Source of the DNA: Somniosus microcephalus
Lineage: Eukaryota
Direction: 5' to 3'
Assembly: GCA_052327205.1 (NCBI GenBank)
Contig: CM126207.1
Span: 205,468,001-205,532,000 of the forward strand
DNA length: 64,000 nucleotides
The position numbers and the translations under genes are program-made. This document shows positions 37,793-50,600 of this stretch, piece after piece (position 1 is the first letter of the stretch; the number at the start of each line of letters is the position of its first letter). Under the pieces are notes generated by a model. That model worked only from the letters and a program-made list of their open reading frames with translations, did not search any database and was not told the DNA's origin.

Positions 37793-38529
37793 ACGGTGTC
37801 CTACACAGTAACTGAAATTTCCTCGAGACTCTGCAGTGTGCATGTTTATTATTAAGTTTCTGTTAACATTGGGTACTTCATTAAGTATTGTACCTTCATG
37901 ATGGAAAATATTTTTATTGTACTTTTTCTTTTTGGACGTTTTATTCTACTTAAATGTAGCATGCCCTGTCCTCATGTTTTATTAATTGGCACTTTTATTA
38001 GTATATTTTATTTTGGTATAATAAATTGCAAACTGGTTTTATTTCAGCATTTGACCAAATTTATTATTAGAAAACAGTCCACAAACGGGTACACTCAATA
38101 TGAATATATACATGCTGTGAATTTCATTTCCAGCATGAATGCAATGACATGTTATCAACCTACACTATGGAAATGAGACTAATACTTCACATTTTTGGCA
38201 GTACTGTTTAGAATTTGCGAGAAAAATTTTATTGAGAACTTTAACTTTTCAGATTTTATGCATGCATTTACGAAGTGAATTTGAATATATGTTTTCACTG
38301 ATTTTGAAATGGTCACTGCCGCAGAATTATTAGCTCACAATAAATGCATAAAAGAACCTTTTTTATATGTTGTATCTGGGACAAATGCATATTTTCAGAG
38401 ATTAACAATCAGCAGGGGAAGCCAGGGAGCGAGTTGTACCATTTAAATATCACAATGATGTAGGAGCAAAGCAACAGCTGATAAGGATGCATTGTTTGAA
38501 ATGAGAAAAAAAAATGAAGAAAACGTAAA

Positions 38530-40678
38530 TAATACAGAAAATGCTGGGAACACTCAGCAGGTCAGGCAGCATCGTGGAGAGAGAAACAGAGTTAACATTT
38601 CAGGTTGATGACCCTTCGTCAGAACTGGAAAAGGTTAGAGAAGTAACAGATTTTTAAGCAAGTATAGGGGCAGAGGAGGGGAGGAAAGAACAAAGGGAAG
38701 GTCTGTGATAGGCTGGAAGGCAGGAGCGATTAAGAGACAAAAGGGATGATTGTGCAAGGCGAAAGGAGATAGTAATGGAACAAGTTAAGAAGCAAAAGAT
38801 GACTGTCAACTAACCTCATCTCCTCTGGAGATTTTCCCTCCATGGCTGTCAACCTCATAGTCCCCCAACCCCGCACAGCCCACTTCTACCTCCTTCCCAA
38901 GATCCACAAACAGGGCTGCCCTGGTAGACCCATCATTTCAGCCTGTTCTTGCCCCACGGAACTGATTTCTTCCCATCTTGACTCTCTTTTTCTCCCATTG
39001 TCCAGTCTCTTCCCACCTACATTCGTGACTCTTCTGACGCCCTCAGTCACTTTAACAGTTTCCTGGCCCCAATCATCTCCTTTTCACTATGGGCATCCAA
39101 TCCCTCTACACCTCCATCCCCCACCAGGATGGCCTGACGGCGCACCGCTTCTTCCTTGAACAGAGGCCCAACCAGTCCCCATCCACCACCATCACCCTCC
39201 TCTGCCTGGCTGAACTTGTTCTCACATTGAACAACTTCTCCTTTGCCTCCACTCACTTCCTCCAAATTAAAGGTGTTGCTATGGGAACCCACATCGGCCC
39301 AAGCTATGCCTACCTTTTCGTGGGATATGTGGAACATTCTTTGTTCCGGTCCTACTCAGGTCCTCCCTCACCTCTTTTTCCGGTACATTGATGACTGTAT
39401 TGGTGCTGTTTCCTGCTCTCACCCTGAACTAGAAAATTTAATTCACTTTGCTTCCAATTTCCACCCTTGGCTCGCCATCACATGGTCCATCTCTAACTCT
39501 TCCCTTCCCTTCCTTGACTTCTCTGTCTCCATTTCTGGGGATAGGCTATCGACAAACATCCACTATAAGCCCACTGACTCCCACAGCTAGCTGGACTACA
39601 CTTTCTCCCACCCCACTCTATTCCATTCTCCCAGTTTCTCCGTCTCTGCCGCATCTGTTCTGACGATGCCACCTTCCATACCAGTGCTTCGGATATGTCT
39701 TTTTCCTCAACCGAGGATTTTCCTCTACCATGGTTGACATGGCCCTCGACCGTGTCCGTTCCATTTCCTGCACTTCGGCTCTCACCCCTTCCCCCTCCCT
39801 CCCAGAACCACGATAGGTTCCCATTGTCTTCACCTTTCACCCCACCAGCCTCCAAATTCAACGAATCATTTTCTGCCACCTCCAACGTGATCCCACCACC
39901 AAACACATCTTCTCTCCCCTGCCACCCCCCCCCCCCCCTCAGCATTCCGAAGGGACCGCTCCCTCTGCGACACTCTGGTCCACTCCTCTATCACCCCCAA
40001 CACCCCTTCCCACAGCACCTTCCCGTGCAAGCGCAGGAGATGCAACACCTCCCCTTTTACCTCCTCCCTTCCCACTGTCTAGGGCCCCAAACACTCCTTC
40101 CAGGTGAAACAGCGATTTACTTGTACTTGCAATTTAGTATACTGTATTCGCTGCTCACGATGTGGTCTTCTCTACATTGGGGAGACCAAACGTAGATTGG
40201 GTGACCGCTTTGCGGAACACCTCCGTTCAGTCCGTAAGCGTGACCCCTGAGCTTCCAGTCGCCTGTCACTTTAATTCTCCGCTCCACTCCTACTCTGACC
40301 TCTCTGTCCTTGACCTCTTACGTTGAGCTTCATTGCAACAGTGTAAGATTAGGCACTTTACAGCCTTCTGGACATCAAGTTCAACAATTTCAGACGATAA
40401 CCTCCGCCTCTATTTTTTTTTTTTTAATTCTCTTTTTTTACTCTCACATGGCAGCTGTTGATGATTCTGCCATTGCCATTTGCACCTCATCTAGAGTCAT
40501 CTTTTGTTTCTTAACTTGTCCCATTACCATCTCCTTTTGCCTTGCACCATCATCCCTTTTGTCTTTTAATCTCTCCTGCCTTCCAGCCTATCACAGACCT
40601 TCTCTTTGTTCTTATCTCCCCTCCCCCTTTCCCTGTCCCACACTTGCTTAAAAATCTGTTATTTCGCTAACCTTTTCC
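38530..40678 (+). mobile_element. Penelope-like element with inverted pseudo-LTR
   Basis: RT motifs [39 protein letters not shown] region VYCIRCSRCGLLYIGETKRRLGDRFAEH near 40135-40225. ~38626-38803 is the reverse complement of ~40497-40678. Confidence 0.9.
38588..38628 (-). ncRNA. Minimal hammerhead ribozyme-like motif in the Penelope pseudo-LTR
   Basis: Minus strand: cagtt CTGACGA agggtcatcaacct GAAA tgtta actc. This gives the CUGANGA core, an AGG/CCT stem II and GAAA. Confidence 0.6.
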
Positions 40679-40679
40679 T

Positions 40680-40860
40680 CATCTAACTCTTATCAGCATA
40701 ACCCTCTATTCCCTTCTCCCTCACATGCTTATCTAGCCTCCCCTTAAATGCATCTATACTATTCGCTTCAACCACTCCCTGTGGTAGCGAATTCCACATT
40801 CTCACCACTCTGGGTAAAGAAGTTTCTTCTGAATTCCCTATTTGATTTCTTGGTGACTAT
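40680..40860 (-). mobile_element. CR1 3' fragment
   Basis: Minus strand aagaaacttctttacccagagtggtgagaatgtggaattcgctaccacag (RNFFTQ..WNSLP). Confidence 0.7.
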
Positions 40861-40876
40861 CTTATAGTCACCAAGA

Positions 40877-43800
40877 CTCCTAATTTAACCCTAGTTGTTT
40901 ATATTTTTTTATGCATCAAGTTACAGTAAAGACCTAAAGCATATAACTGAATTTAATAAATTGAACGAGGTTATTACCTAAAGTAAAAACTATTGAGTAT
41001 TTCAAAACTTGAAAACCTAATTAGTTAAATAAAATACAATAGAGATGGCAGGGCAGGTGATGTGTTGCAGCTGTAGCATGTGGGAGCAGGTGGATCCCAG
41101 TGTGATCCACAGCAACCACATCTGCAGTAAGTGTCTGCAGTTCGAGGAACTTCGACTCAGACTCAGATACATCAGGAAGGGAGAAAGTTACCTGGACACT
41201 TTGATCCAGGAGACAATCACACCTCTTAGGTTAAATACTTCAGATTGGGTCTGTGGTCAGGGACAGGAGGGTGTGACTACGAGTGAGGCAGGTATGGGGA
41301 TCCAGAAGGTAGCATTGGAGGAGCCTTAGCCCTTGTCCAACAGTAACGAGGTTCTTGCAGCCTGTGTGGACGAGAGCAGGGACTGAAGGGATGATGAGCA
41401 AACTGACCACAGCACTGTGGTACAGGGGGCCATTCAAGTTGGGGGAATAAAAAGGAATGTAGTAGTGATAGGGGACAGTATAATTAGGGGAATAGATACT
41501 GTTCTCTGCAGTTGAGAGCGTGAGTCCCGAAGGCTGTGTTGCCTGCCCGGTGCCAGGGTTAAGGACATCTCCTCGGGGCTGGAGAGGAACTTGGAGTGGG
41601 AGGGGAAGGATCCAGTTGTCGTGGTCCATGTAGGTACCAACGACATAGGTAGGACTAAGAAAGAGGTTCTGCTGAGGGAGTATGAGCAGCTAGGGGCTAA
41701 ATTAAAAAAAAAAAAAACAGAATATCAAAGGTAATAATCTCTGGATTACTACCTGAGCCATGAGCAAATTGGCATAGGGTCAATAAGATTAGAGAATGCG
41801 TGGCTCAAGGATTGGTGTGGGAGAAATGAGTTTCAATTCATGGGGCACTGGCACCAGTACTGGGGAAAGAGGGAGCTGTTCTGTTGGGACGGGCTTCATT
41901 TGAACCATGCTGGAACCAGTGTCCTGGCGAATTGAATAACTAGGCTGTAGATAGGGCTTTAAACTAAATAGTGGGGGGAAACATAGAAAGTTAAAAAGCA
42001 AGGACAAGGCAATAGTGCAGGGTAGCGATAGGGGTAATTATAACCAGAGTGTGACAGGAAGGGACAGAGAGCATACAAGCATAAGAGTGCACCAGCAAAT
42101 AGGGTCGGAGTAGGGAAAAATGGTAAAAAGACAAATTTCAAGGCTCTTTATCTGAATGCACGCAGCATTCGTAACAAGATAGATGAATTGACAGCACAAA
42201 TAGAAACAAATGGGTATGATCTGATGGCCATTACAGAGACGTGGTTGCAAGGTGACCAAGGTTGGGAACTGAATATTCAGGGGTATTTGACATTTCAGAA
42301 GGATAAACAGAAAGAAAAAGGAGGTGGTATGGCTCTGTTAATAAAGGATGAGATCAGTACAGTAGTGAGAAATAATCTTGGCTCGGAAGATCAAAATGTA
42401 GAATCAGTTTGGGTGGAGATAAGAAATAATAAGGGAAATAAGTCACTGGTGGAAGTAGTCTATAGGCCCCCTAACAGTAGCTACACTGTGGGACAGAGTA
42501 TAAATCAAGAAATAATGGGGGCATGTAAGAAAGCTACTGTAATAATCATGGGCAATTTTAATCTTCAAGATTGGACAAATCAAATTGGCAAAAGTAGCCT
42601 TGAGGACGAGTTCATAGGGTGTATTCAGGACAGTTTCTTAGAACAATATGTTATGGAACCAACCAAGGAACAGGCTATTTTAGATGTGGTAATGTGTAAT
42701 GAGACAGGATTAATTAATGATCTCATAGTAAAGGATCCTCTAGGGAAGAGTGATCATAACACGATAGAATTTCACATTCAGTTTGAGGGTCTGAAACTAG
42801 TGTCTTAAACTTAAGTAAAGGCAGTTACAAAGGCATGAAGACAGAGTTGGCTAAAGTGGATTGGGAAAATAGATTAAAAGGTAAGACGGTAGATAAGCAG
42901 TGGCAGACTTTTATGGAGCTATTTCATAACTCTCAACAAAGATATATTCCAGTGAGAAAGAATGGCTCTGTGAGAAGGATGAATCATCCATGGCTAATTA
43001 AGGAAGTTAAGGAGGGTATCAAATTGAAAGAAAAGGCATACAATGTTGTGAAGATTAGTGGTAAGCCAGAAGATTGGGAAATTTTTAGAAACTTGCAATG
43101 GATGACAAAAATAGAGGGAGAAAATAGATTGAGAGTAAACTAGCAAGAAATATAAAAACAAATAGTAAGAGCTTCTACAAGTATATTAAAAGGAAGAGAG
43201 CAGCTAAAGTAAATGTTGGTCCCTTAGAGGATGAGATTGGGGAATTAATAATCGGGAAACAAGGAAATGGCAGAGACTTTCAACAAATATTTTGTATCTA
43301 TCTTCATGGTAGAAGACACAAAAACCTTCCCAATAATAATGGAAAATCAAGGCACTAAAGGGAGGGAGGAACTTAAAACAATCACTCACTAGAGAAAAGG
43401 TACTAGACAAACTAATGGGACTAAAGGCTGACGAGTCCCCTGGACCTGATGGCCTACATCCTAGGGTCTTAAAAGAAGTGGCTGCAGAGATAGTGGATGC
43501 ATTTGTTGTAATCTTCCAAAATTCCTTAGACTCTGGAAAGGTCCCAGCGGATTGGAAAACCACAACTGTAACGCCCCTATTCAAGAAAGGAGGGAGACAA
43601 AGCAGGAAACTATGGGCCAGTTAGCCTAACATCTGTCACTGGGAAAATGCTGGAATCCATTATTAAGGAATAGTAGCAAGACATTTAGAAAATCATAATA
43701 GAATCAAGCAGAGTCAACGTGGTTTTATGAAAGGAAAATCGTGTTTGACAAATTTATTAGAGTTCTTTGAGGATGTAACGAGCAGGGTGGATAAAGGGGA

Positions 43801-44977
43801 ACCAGTAGATGTAGTGTATTTGGATTTCCAAAGGCATTCGATAAGGTGCCACATAAAAGGTTACTGCACAAGATAAGAGCTCATGGTGTTGGGGGTAATA
43901 TATTAGTATGGATAGAGAATTGGCTAACTACAGAAAACAGAGAGTTGAGATAAATAGATAATTTTCAGATTGCCAAACTGTAACTAGTGGGGTGCCACAG
44001 GGATCAGTGCTGGGGCTTCAACTATTTACAATCTATATTAATGACTTGTATGAAGGGACTGAGTGTACTTTAGCCAAATTTGCTGATGATACAAAGATAG
44101 GTGGGAAAGCAAGTTGTGAGGAGGACAGAGTCTGCAAAGGGTATAGATAGGTTAAGTGAGTGGGCAAAAATTTGGCAGATGGAGTATAATGTGGGAAAAT
44201 GTGAGGTTATCCACTTTGGTAGGAAGAATAGAAAAGCAAAATATTATTTAAATGGAGAGAGACTACAGAATGCTGCGGTACAGAGGGATCTGGGGGTCCT
44301 CGTACATGAAACACAAAGAGTCAGCATGCAGGTACAGCAGGTAATTAGGAAGGCAAATGGAATGTTGGCCTTTATTGCAACGGGGATGGAGTATAAAAGT
44401 AGGGAAGTCTTGCTACAACTGTAAAGGGCATTGGTGCGTACAGTTTTGAGGAGGGATATACTTGCATTAGAGGCAGTTCAGAGAAGGTTCACTAAGTTGC
44501 TTCCTGGGGTGAAGTGGTGGTCTTATGAGGAAAGGTTGAGCAGGTTGGGCCTATACTCTTTGGAGTTTAGAAGAATAAGAGGTGATCATCTTGAAAAATA
44601 CAAGATTCTGAGAGGGCTTGACAGGGTAAATGCTGAGAGGATGTTTCCCCTTGTGGGGGGAATCTAAAACTAGGGGTCACAGTTTCAGAATAAGTGGTCG
44701 TCCATTTAAGATGGAGATGAGGAGGATTTTCTTCTGAGGGTTGTGAATCTTTGTAATTCTCTATCCCAGAGAGCTGTGGAGGCTGAATCATTGAATATGT
44801 TCAAGGCTGAGATAGACAGATTTTTAAACTACCGGGGAGTCGAGGGTTATGGGGAGCAGGCAGAAAAGTGGAGTTGAGGCCCAGATCAGATCAGCCATGA
44901 TCTTATTGAATGGCAGAGCAGGCTCGAGGGGTCGAATAGCCTACTCCTGCTCCTATTTCTTACGTTCTTATGTTTAT
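40877..44977 (+). mobile_element. Near full-length CR1 family B (ORF1 + ORF2), decayed
   Basis: ORF1 starts at 41045 with a zinc finger (CCSCSMW..CSKC) and SGNH motifs (GDSI, VGTND, DGLH). ORF2 has APE at 42188-42808 and RT motifs; the 3'UTR tail ends near 44977. Confidence 0.93.
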
Positions 44978-45034
44978 GTTCTTATCCATCCACCCAACGT
45001 TTATTCTCCTTCAAATAATTTGGGCCCCGTGGAA

Positions 45035-45555
45035 AACACAATGAAGGCATCATGGCTGCTTCCTCGGTAACAGCCACTGACATACATGATCATATTTCTG
45101 TGGTCAGATACCACCTGCATGTGAATTGAGTGTAAACCTCATTCGTTCACGAAGGTCATGGGTGAGTATGAAGAGTTCTAATGTCTGCATGGGTATTATG
45201 TGTGATGCCTTGCACTTGTGAGAAGTCTGCTGCCCAGTGAAAACCGTCCAGCTGATGATGCCTCCTTTCCACAGGAAAAGAGATGTTGCCACAAACTTGC
45301 TTGATGCATGTATCCAGTGCAGACGGCCTGCAGTGGCTTGGAGTGATCAATGAAAGCATGACAGTTCCCTGTTATTTCAACCTTCAATTCTCTGGAAAGG
45401 TCCATCTTTGATCTAGAGCTTCGTGCAGATCGTCATGAGCAGATGACACTTCTCTTTGGCAGCCTGTCTTGTGAAGCAGAGGTGGCTACAGACCTCATCC
45501 AAGGTGTCCTGATACAGGTCTCGGGATAGTGACACGTAGAGAAAATACCTGAGTG
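45035..45555 (-). pseudogene. Highly degraded Harbinger (HARBI1-like) DDE transposase fragment
   Basis: Minus-strand LCFTRQAAKEKCHLL, GFHWAADFSQVQGITHNTH, FVNE*GLHSIHMQVVSDH and YRGSSHDAFI. These appear in the order of the Harbinger motifs GFP.V.GAIDCTH / NRKG.HS.N.Q / PGS.HD. Confidence 0.7.
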
Positions 45556-46000
45556 GTCATTGCACCTGTATTTGTTGGCCTTTCACAAACTTCTCTTCCT
45601 CACCTTAAATGTACACCATGTTCGGAACCGCAAAGGAATACCCATCCTCACCTGTTTGTAAGGTGCAACGTGAAAGTCAGCAGCAACCAAGCATATTGGC
45701 CTGGAAAAGATGAAAAATGCAGGACTACCCAACAAAACAAAGCTATAGATGGTGCAGATTGTAGCAAAAGCCATAAGAAAAAGTTTAAAAAAAATAAAAA
45801 TAAAAAATTCCCCAATCATCCAACTTAAGAAATCAGCTTCAGCAGACTATGTCCTGGTGCTGTCAACACAGCCTTGCCTGAAAATGTAAAATTAGGTGGC
45901 CCAAAGTTTACATATGAATTTAAATATTTAAGTGAGGCACTGCATGCTGGTAATTGCCAATATTCACCCCCAAATTCCCCAACAGAAAAGCAAAGGACGA

Positions 46001-47410
46001 CTTCTTCTTAGGCAGTCCCTCGGAACCGAGGATGACTTGCTTCCACATTAAAAATGAGTTCTCCGGTGACTGATGAGTCCAATGCAGGACCTACAGTCTC
46101 TGTCACGGGTGGGGCAAACGGTGGTTGAAGGGGTGGGTGGGTGGGGTGCTTGGGTTGATGTGCGCTGCTTGCACTTGCTCCCGGCGAAGAGACTTGAGGT
46201 ATTAGGCGCCTTCCCGGATGCTTCTCCTCCACTTTGTGCGGTGTTGGGCCAGGGATTCCCAGGTGTCAGTGGTGATGTTGCACTTTTTCAAGGAAGCTTT
46301 GAGGGTGTCCTTGAAGCGTTTCCTCTGCCCACCTGGGGCTCTCTTGCCGTGCCGGAGCTCCGAGTAGAGCGCTTGTTTTGGGAATCTCATCGGGCATACG
46401 GACGATGTGATCTGTCCATCAGAGCTGATCGAGCAGAGTCAAAGCTTCGATGCTGGGGATGTTGGCCTGAGCGAGAACACTGACGTCGGTGCACCTATCC
46501 TGCCAATTGATTTGCAGGATCTTGCGGAGGCAACGTTGGTGGTACCTCTCCAGTGCTTTGAGGTGCCTGCTGTGCATGGTCCATGAGACTGAGGCATACA
46601 GCAGGCAGGTATCACTGCTGCTCTGTAGACAATGAGCTTAGTGCCGGGTTTGAGGTCCTGGTCTTCAAACACTCTCTTCCTCTAGCGGCCGAAGACTGCA
46701 CTGGTGCACTGAAGGCGGTGTTGGACTTCGTCATCGACGTCTGCCCTTGTTGACATTAGGCTCCTGAGGTATGGAAAGTGGTCCATGTTGTCCAAGACCT
46801 TGTCGTGGATTTTGATAATCGGGGGACAGTACTGTGTGGCGGTGGCAGGCTGGTAGAGGACCTTTGTCTTATGGATGTTTAGTGTAAGGACCATGCTCTT
46901 ATATGCTTCGGTGAAGGTGTTGACGATGGTTTGGAGTTCGACCTCCGAGTGAGCACAGACGCAAGCGTCGTCTGCATACTGTAATTTGTCGACGGAGGAT
47001 GGGACGACCTTGGATCTGGACTGGAGGCGACGGAGGTTGAACAGTTTCCCATTTGTTCTGCGGGGAGCTTACTGAGGGTGAGATGGAGCATTGCAGCAAG
47101 GAAGATCGAGAAGAGCGTTGGTGCGATGACACAGCCTTGCTTGACTCCGGTCTGTACGTGAATTGGGTCTGTGGTGGAACCGTTGATCAGGATCACGGCT
47201 TGCATGTCGTCGTGAAGCAGGCGGAAGATGGTGACAAACTTTTGAGGGCAGCTGAATTTGAGGAGGACACTCCATAATCCCTCACGGTTGACGGTGTCGA
47301 AGGCCTTTGTGAGATCAAAGAAGGCCATGTACAGCGGTTGGTGCTGTTCCCTGCATTTCTCTTGTAATTGACATGCGGTGAAGATCATGTCCATTGTGCC
47401 CCTTTGTGGA
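46001..47410 (-). mobile_element. RTE (BovB-like) LINE 3' fragment
   Basis: FFDLTKAFDTV, GVKQGCVIAPTLF and LQYADD; same 3' end as the other two RTE copies. Confidence 0.92.
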
Positions 47411-47650
47411 CACCCTGCAGTTTGTGTACAAACTTCTCGTTTTGGTCACTTGATTGTACTGTTACAGCTATTGATGTTTTTTCATGAATAACGTCTTTTC
47501 TTGCTATTGTGATAGCACTTCAGAGTTGTCGACTTCTGTGTCTTAAGCCCCGACTTTAATTCGGGGTGGGCGGAACCCCCTTGGACAGCTGAGTGTGAGG
47601 CCTGGGATATTTTAACTCACGGGTCCCATTAGAATATCTTGGGTGGGTTA

Positions 47651-50600
47651 TGTAGTGTATGTGCCTTTAAGAGCCCCCCGTGTACTGTAATGCCGGTAAT
47701 GGCCACTCGGGCTATATAAGCCTGTATATTGTGTTGTATCAGTTAGTTCACCTCCACACTTTGTTCAGTAAACACCTGTGAAACCTACTCCTGCCTTCCG
47801 TGTCTCTATTAACACACGGATACAACAGTGGCGACGAATTGGAAACGGACTTGCCTGCAATTCGGCAGCACCTCAAGGACATCGATTCCTCAGACGTCCA
47901 AAGTCGAAGAAAAGCAAGAAAAAAAAAGCTGTGGTTTCACCAGCTAGCCGAGCTGGTGGCAGGTACTGCAATAATCCTTCCTGGGCGGCGGGCTGGGCTC
48001 CATCGGCTGGCTCTGCAGCGAGGCCAAGCAGCGAAGGCGGAGGCAAGCAGAAACAGACGGGGGGGCGGTGGGGGAGCACTCGGGAGACGGCCGGCGCTGC
48101 AAAGCAGGTCGGCGTTCGGACCTAGCAGAAAGAGTCCGGCGGGAACGAGTCTCCACCTGTAAATAAAAATTAAAAAAAATAAAAATAAAAACCGCGAAAA
48201 ACAGCGTTGACAGCAGCAGCAGCGGCGGGAAGCGCCATTTTTTTTTGCAGGAAAGAAAGAAAAGCGCGGGAAGCGCCATTTTTTTTCCAGGATGCCTAAG
48301 GCTGGCAATATTGATGCTTTTGATAACGATATAGAGATTTGGACCACATGTGGAAAGAGTGGAGAAATATTGCACAGCGAATGAAATGAAAGATGATAAA
48401 AAGGCATCGGTACTTCTAAATCTGATGGGCGCAAGGACATACGGGCTGTTACGAAACTTAATCACTCCAGCCAAACCGATGGACAAGAATTTTAAGGAGA
48501 TTGTTGATACCCTACACTGCCAATTCGGGACAGGACTGGCAGATTCTCTACGAGACAAATTCGTCTGCGGTCTCCTAAGTGAAGGAACACAAAAAAAGCT
48601 ACTTTCAGAGAAAGATTTGACACTGGACAAGGCTTTCAGTGTGGCTGTATCATACGAAGCAGCAGCAAGAGGAGCTGCAAAGATACAGCAAAAGCCACAG
48701 GACTTCGGCACCCATGAAATGACACGGGGTTTCGAGAGATGTTATCGCTGCGGCAGATCCACCCATGACCAGAGGGACTGCTGGTTCAAGGACAAAGCAT
48801 GCAGGTAATGCGGAAAGATGGGACACATTACACGTGTATGCCGATCTGGAAACAAAAAATCCACTGACAGAAAAAAAATCAATAAGGAAAAGTACAGAAA
48901 AGTACAAATGATGACGGACAGTAGCTCCAAAGACCAGAAGAGCAACAGTGACTCCGGAAACAAGAGACTAAGCTCTCTCAAATTACATAATGTAATTGCC
49001 AAAGAAGATTACCAGACCATTTGGGTTACCCTCACGATAGCGGGGTCCCCAGTTAAAATGGAGCTAGATACAGGATCAGCCCTAACTGTCATAAGTCGAC
49101 GGGATTACGAGCGGCTATTTCTGCATATACCTTTGAAAGACACATCCATTATCTTGAAAACGTATACGGGGCAGAAAGTATACCCAAAAGGGAAAATAAA
49201 GGTGCCTGTTATATACAACGGCAAGGAAATACAGAAGTTGTATTTATACGTTCTACAAGATGGTGGTCCACCGCTGTTGGGACGTGAATGGATCAGGAAG
49301 ATACGTTTAGACTGGCACTCCATTCAGGCACTGACGGTGACCAGTCAGGAAAAAAATGATGATGACGTCATACCTGAACGATTAAAAGACATCTTGGCCA
49401 ACGCCAAAGAAGTGTTTCAAGAGAAACTAGGAACCTTGAAAGGCATCACCGCCTCAATAAAAGTAGAAGATGCGGCAATTCCCAAGTTTTTTAAGGCAAG
49501 GCCGGTGCCATACACAATCCGTCCAGCAGTCGAGGCAGAGCTGGAGAATTTGGAAAAGGCAGGCGTATTATCCAAGATAGATTGGAGCGAGTGGGCAACA
49601 CCCATCGTCCCGGTCATGAAGAAAACGTTGAATAATGATAAATCTGAAGAACAGAGAAAAATTCGCATCTGTGGAGACTTCAAGGTGACTGTAAACCCGG
49701 TCCTTCACACGGTACAGTACCCTCTTCCGAGGATAGAAGATATTTTCGCCTCACTATCCGGAGGGAAACGTTTCACCAAAATTGACTTGGGGTCGTTCCT
49801 GGGATTGATAAATTACTATCATAAATTTTTACCGAACTTATCAACTCTTCTGCACCCTCTTAATGAACTGCTACAAACAGGAGTAATTTGGAAATGGAGC
49901 GAAGACTGTAAACGTGCCTTCCATAAATGCAAAGACTTAATCACGTCCAAGGAAGTTTTGGCTCATTACAACCCATCACTGCCGATCAGACTGGCGTGCG
50001 ATGCATCCCCTTACGGCGTAGGAGCAGTATTATCGCATAGATTCCCTGATGGCTCGGAACGGCCGATAGCTTTTGCGTCACGCTCATTGAACTCAGCTGA
50101 GCGTAACTATGTCCAAATCGACAGGGAAGCACTCAGCCTGGTATGGGGAGTGAAGAAATTCAACCATTACCTACAGGGACAAAAATTTACCTTGTTGACT
50201 GACCATCAACCCCTCATCTCCATATTCAACCCTAAAAAGGGTGTTCCCATTATGACAGCGCAAAGGCTACAGAGGTGGTCCCTTTTTCTAGGGGCACACC
50301 AATATGACATAGAATACAAAGGATCAAAACAGCATGGGAATGCTGACGGTTTATCGCGCCTACCGTTGCCAACGGTAGAAGAGGCACCTACTGTAGACCC
50401 AGTGGAGATGTTCCACTCTACCATAGTCGAATGTCTACCAGTAACAAATTCTGCCATTGAAAGGGAAACGAGAAATAACCCGACTCTCTCTCGAGTCTAC
50501 GATTTAACAGTGAAGGGATGGCCAGCACATGGCGAACCACTGTTGCCAGCATTCTCGCAAAGAAGAGAACAGCTGTCAGTGTGCCGAGGAACCTTGATGT

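Noticed and set aside
36900-38180. Additional host exons in the unique-looking intron stretch
   Set aside because: The short ORFs show no family similarity and no phase-consistent splice pair that I could support. Small exons cannot be excluded without RNA-seq.
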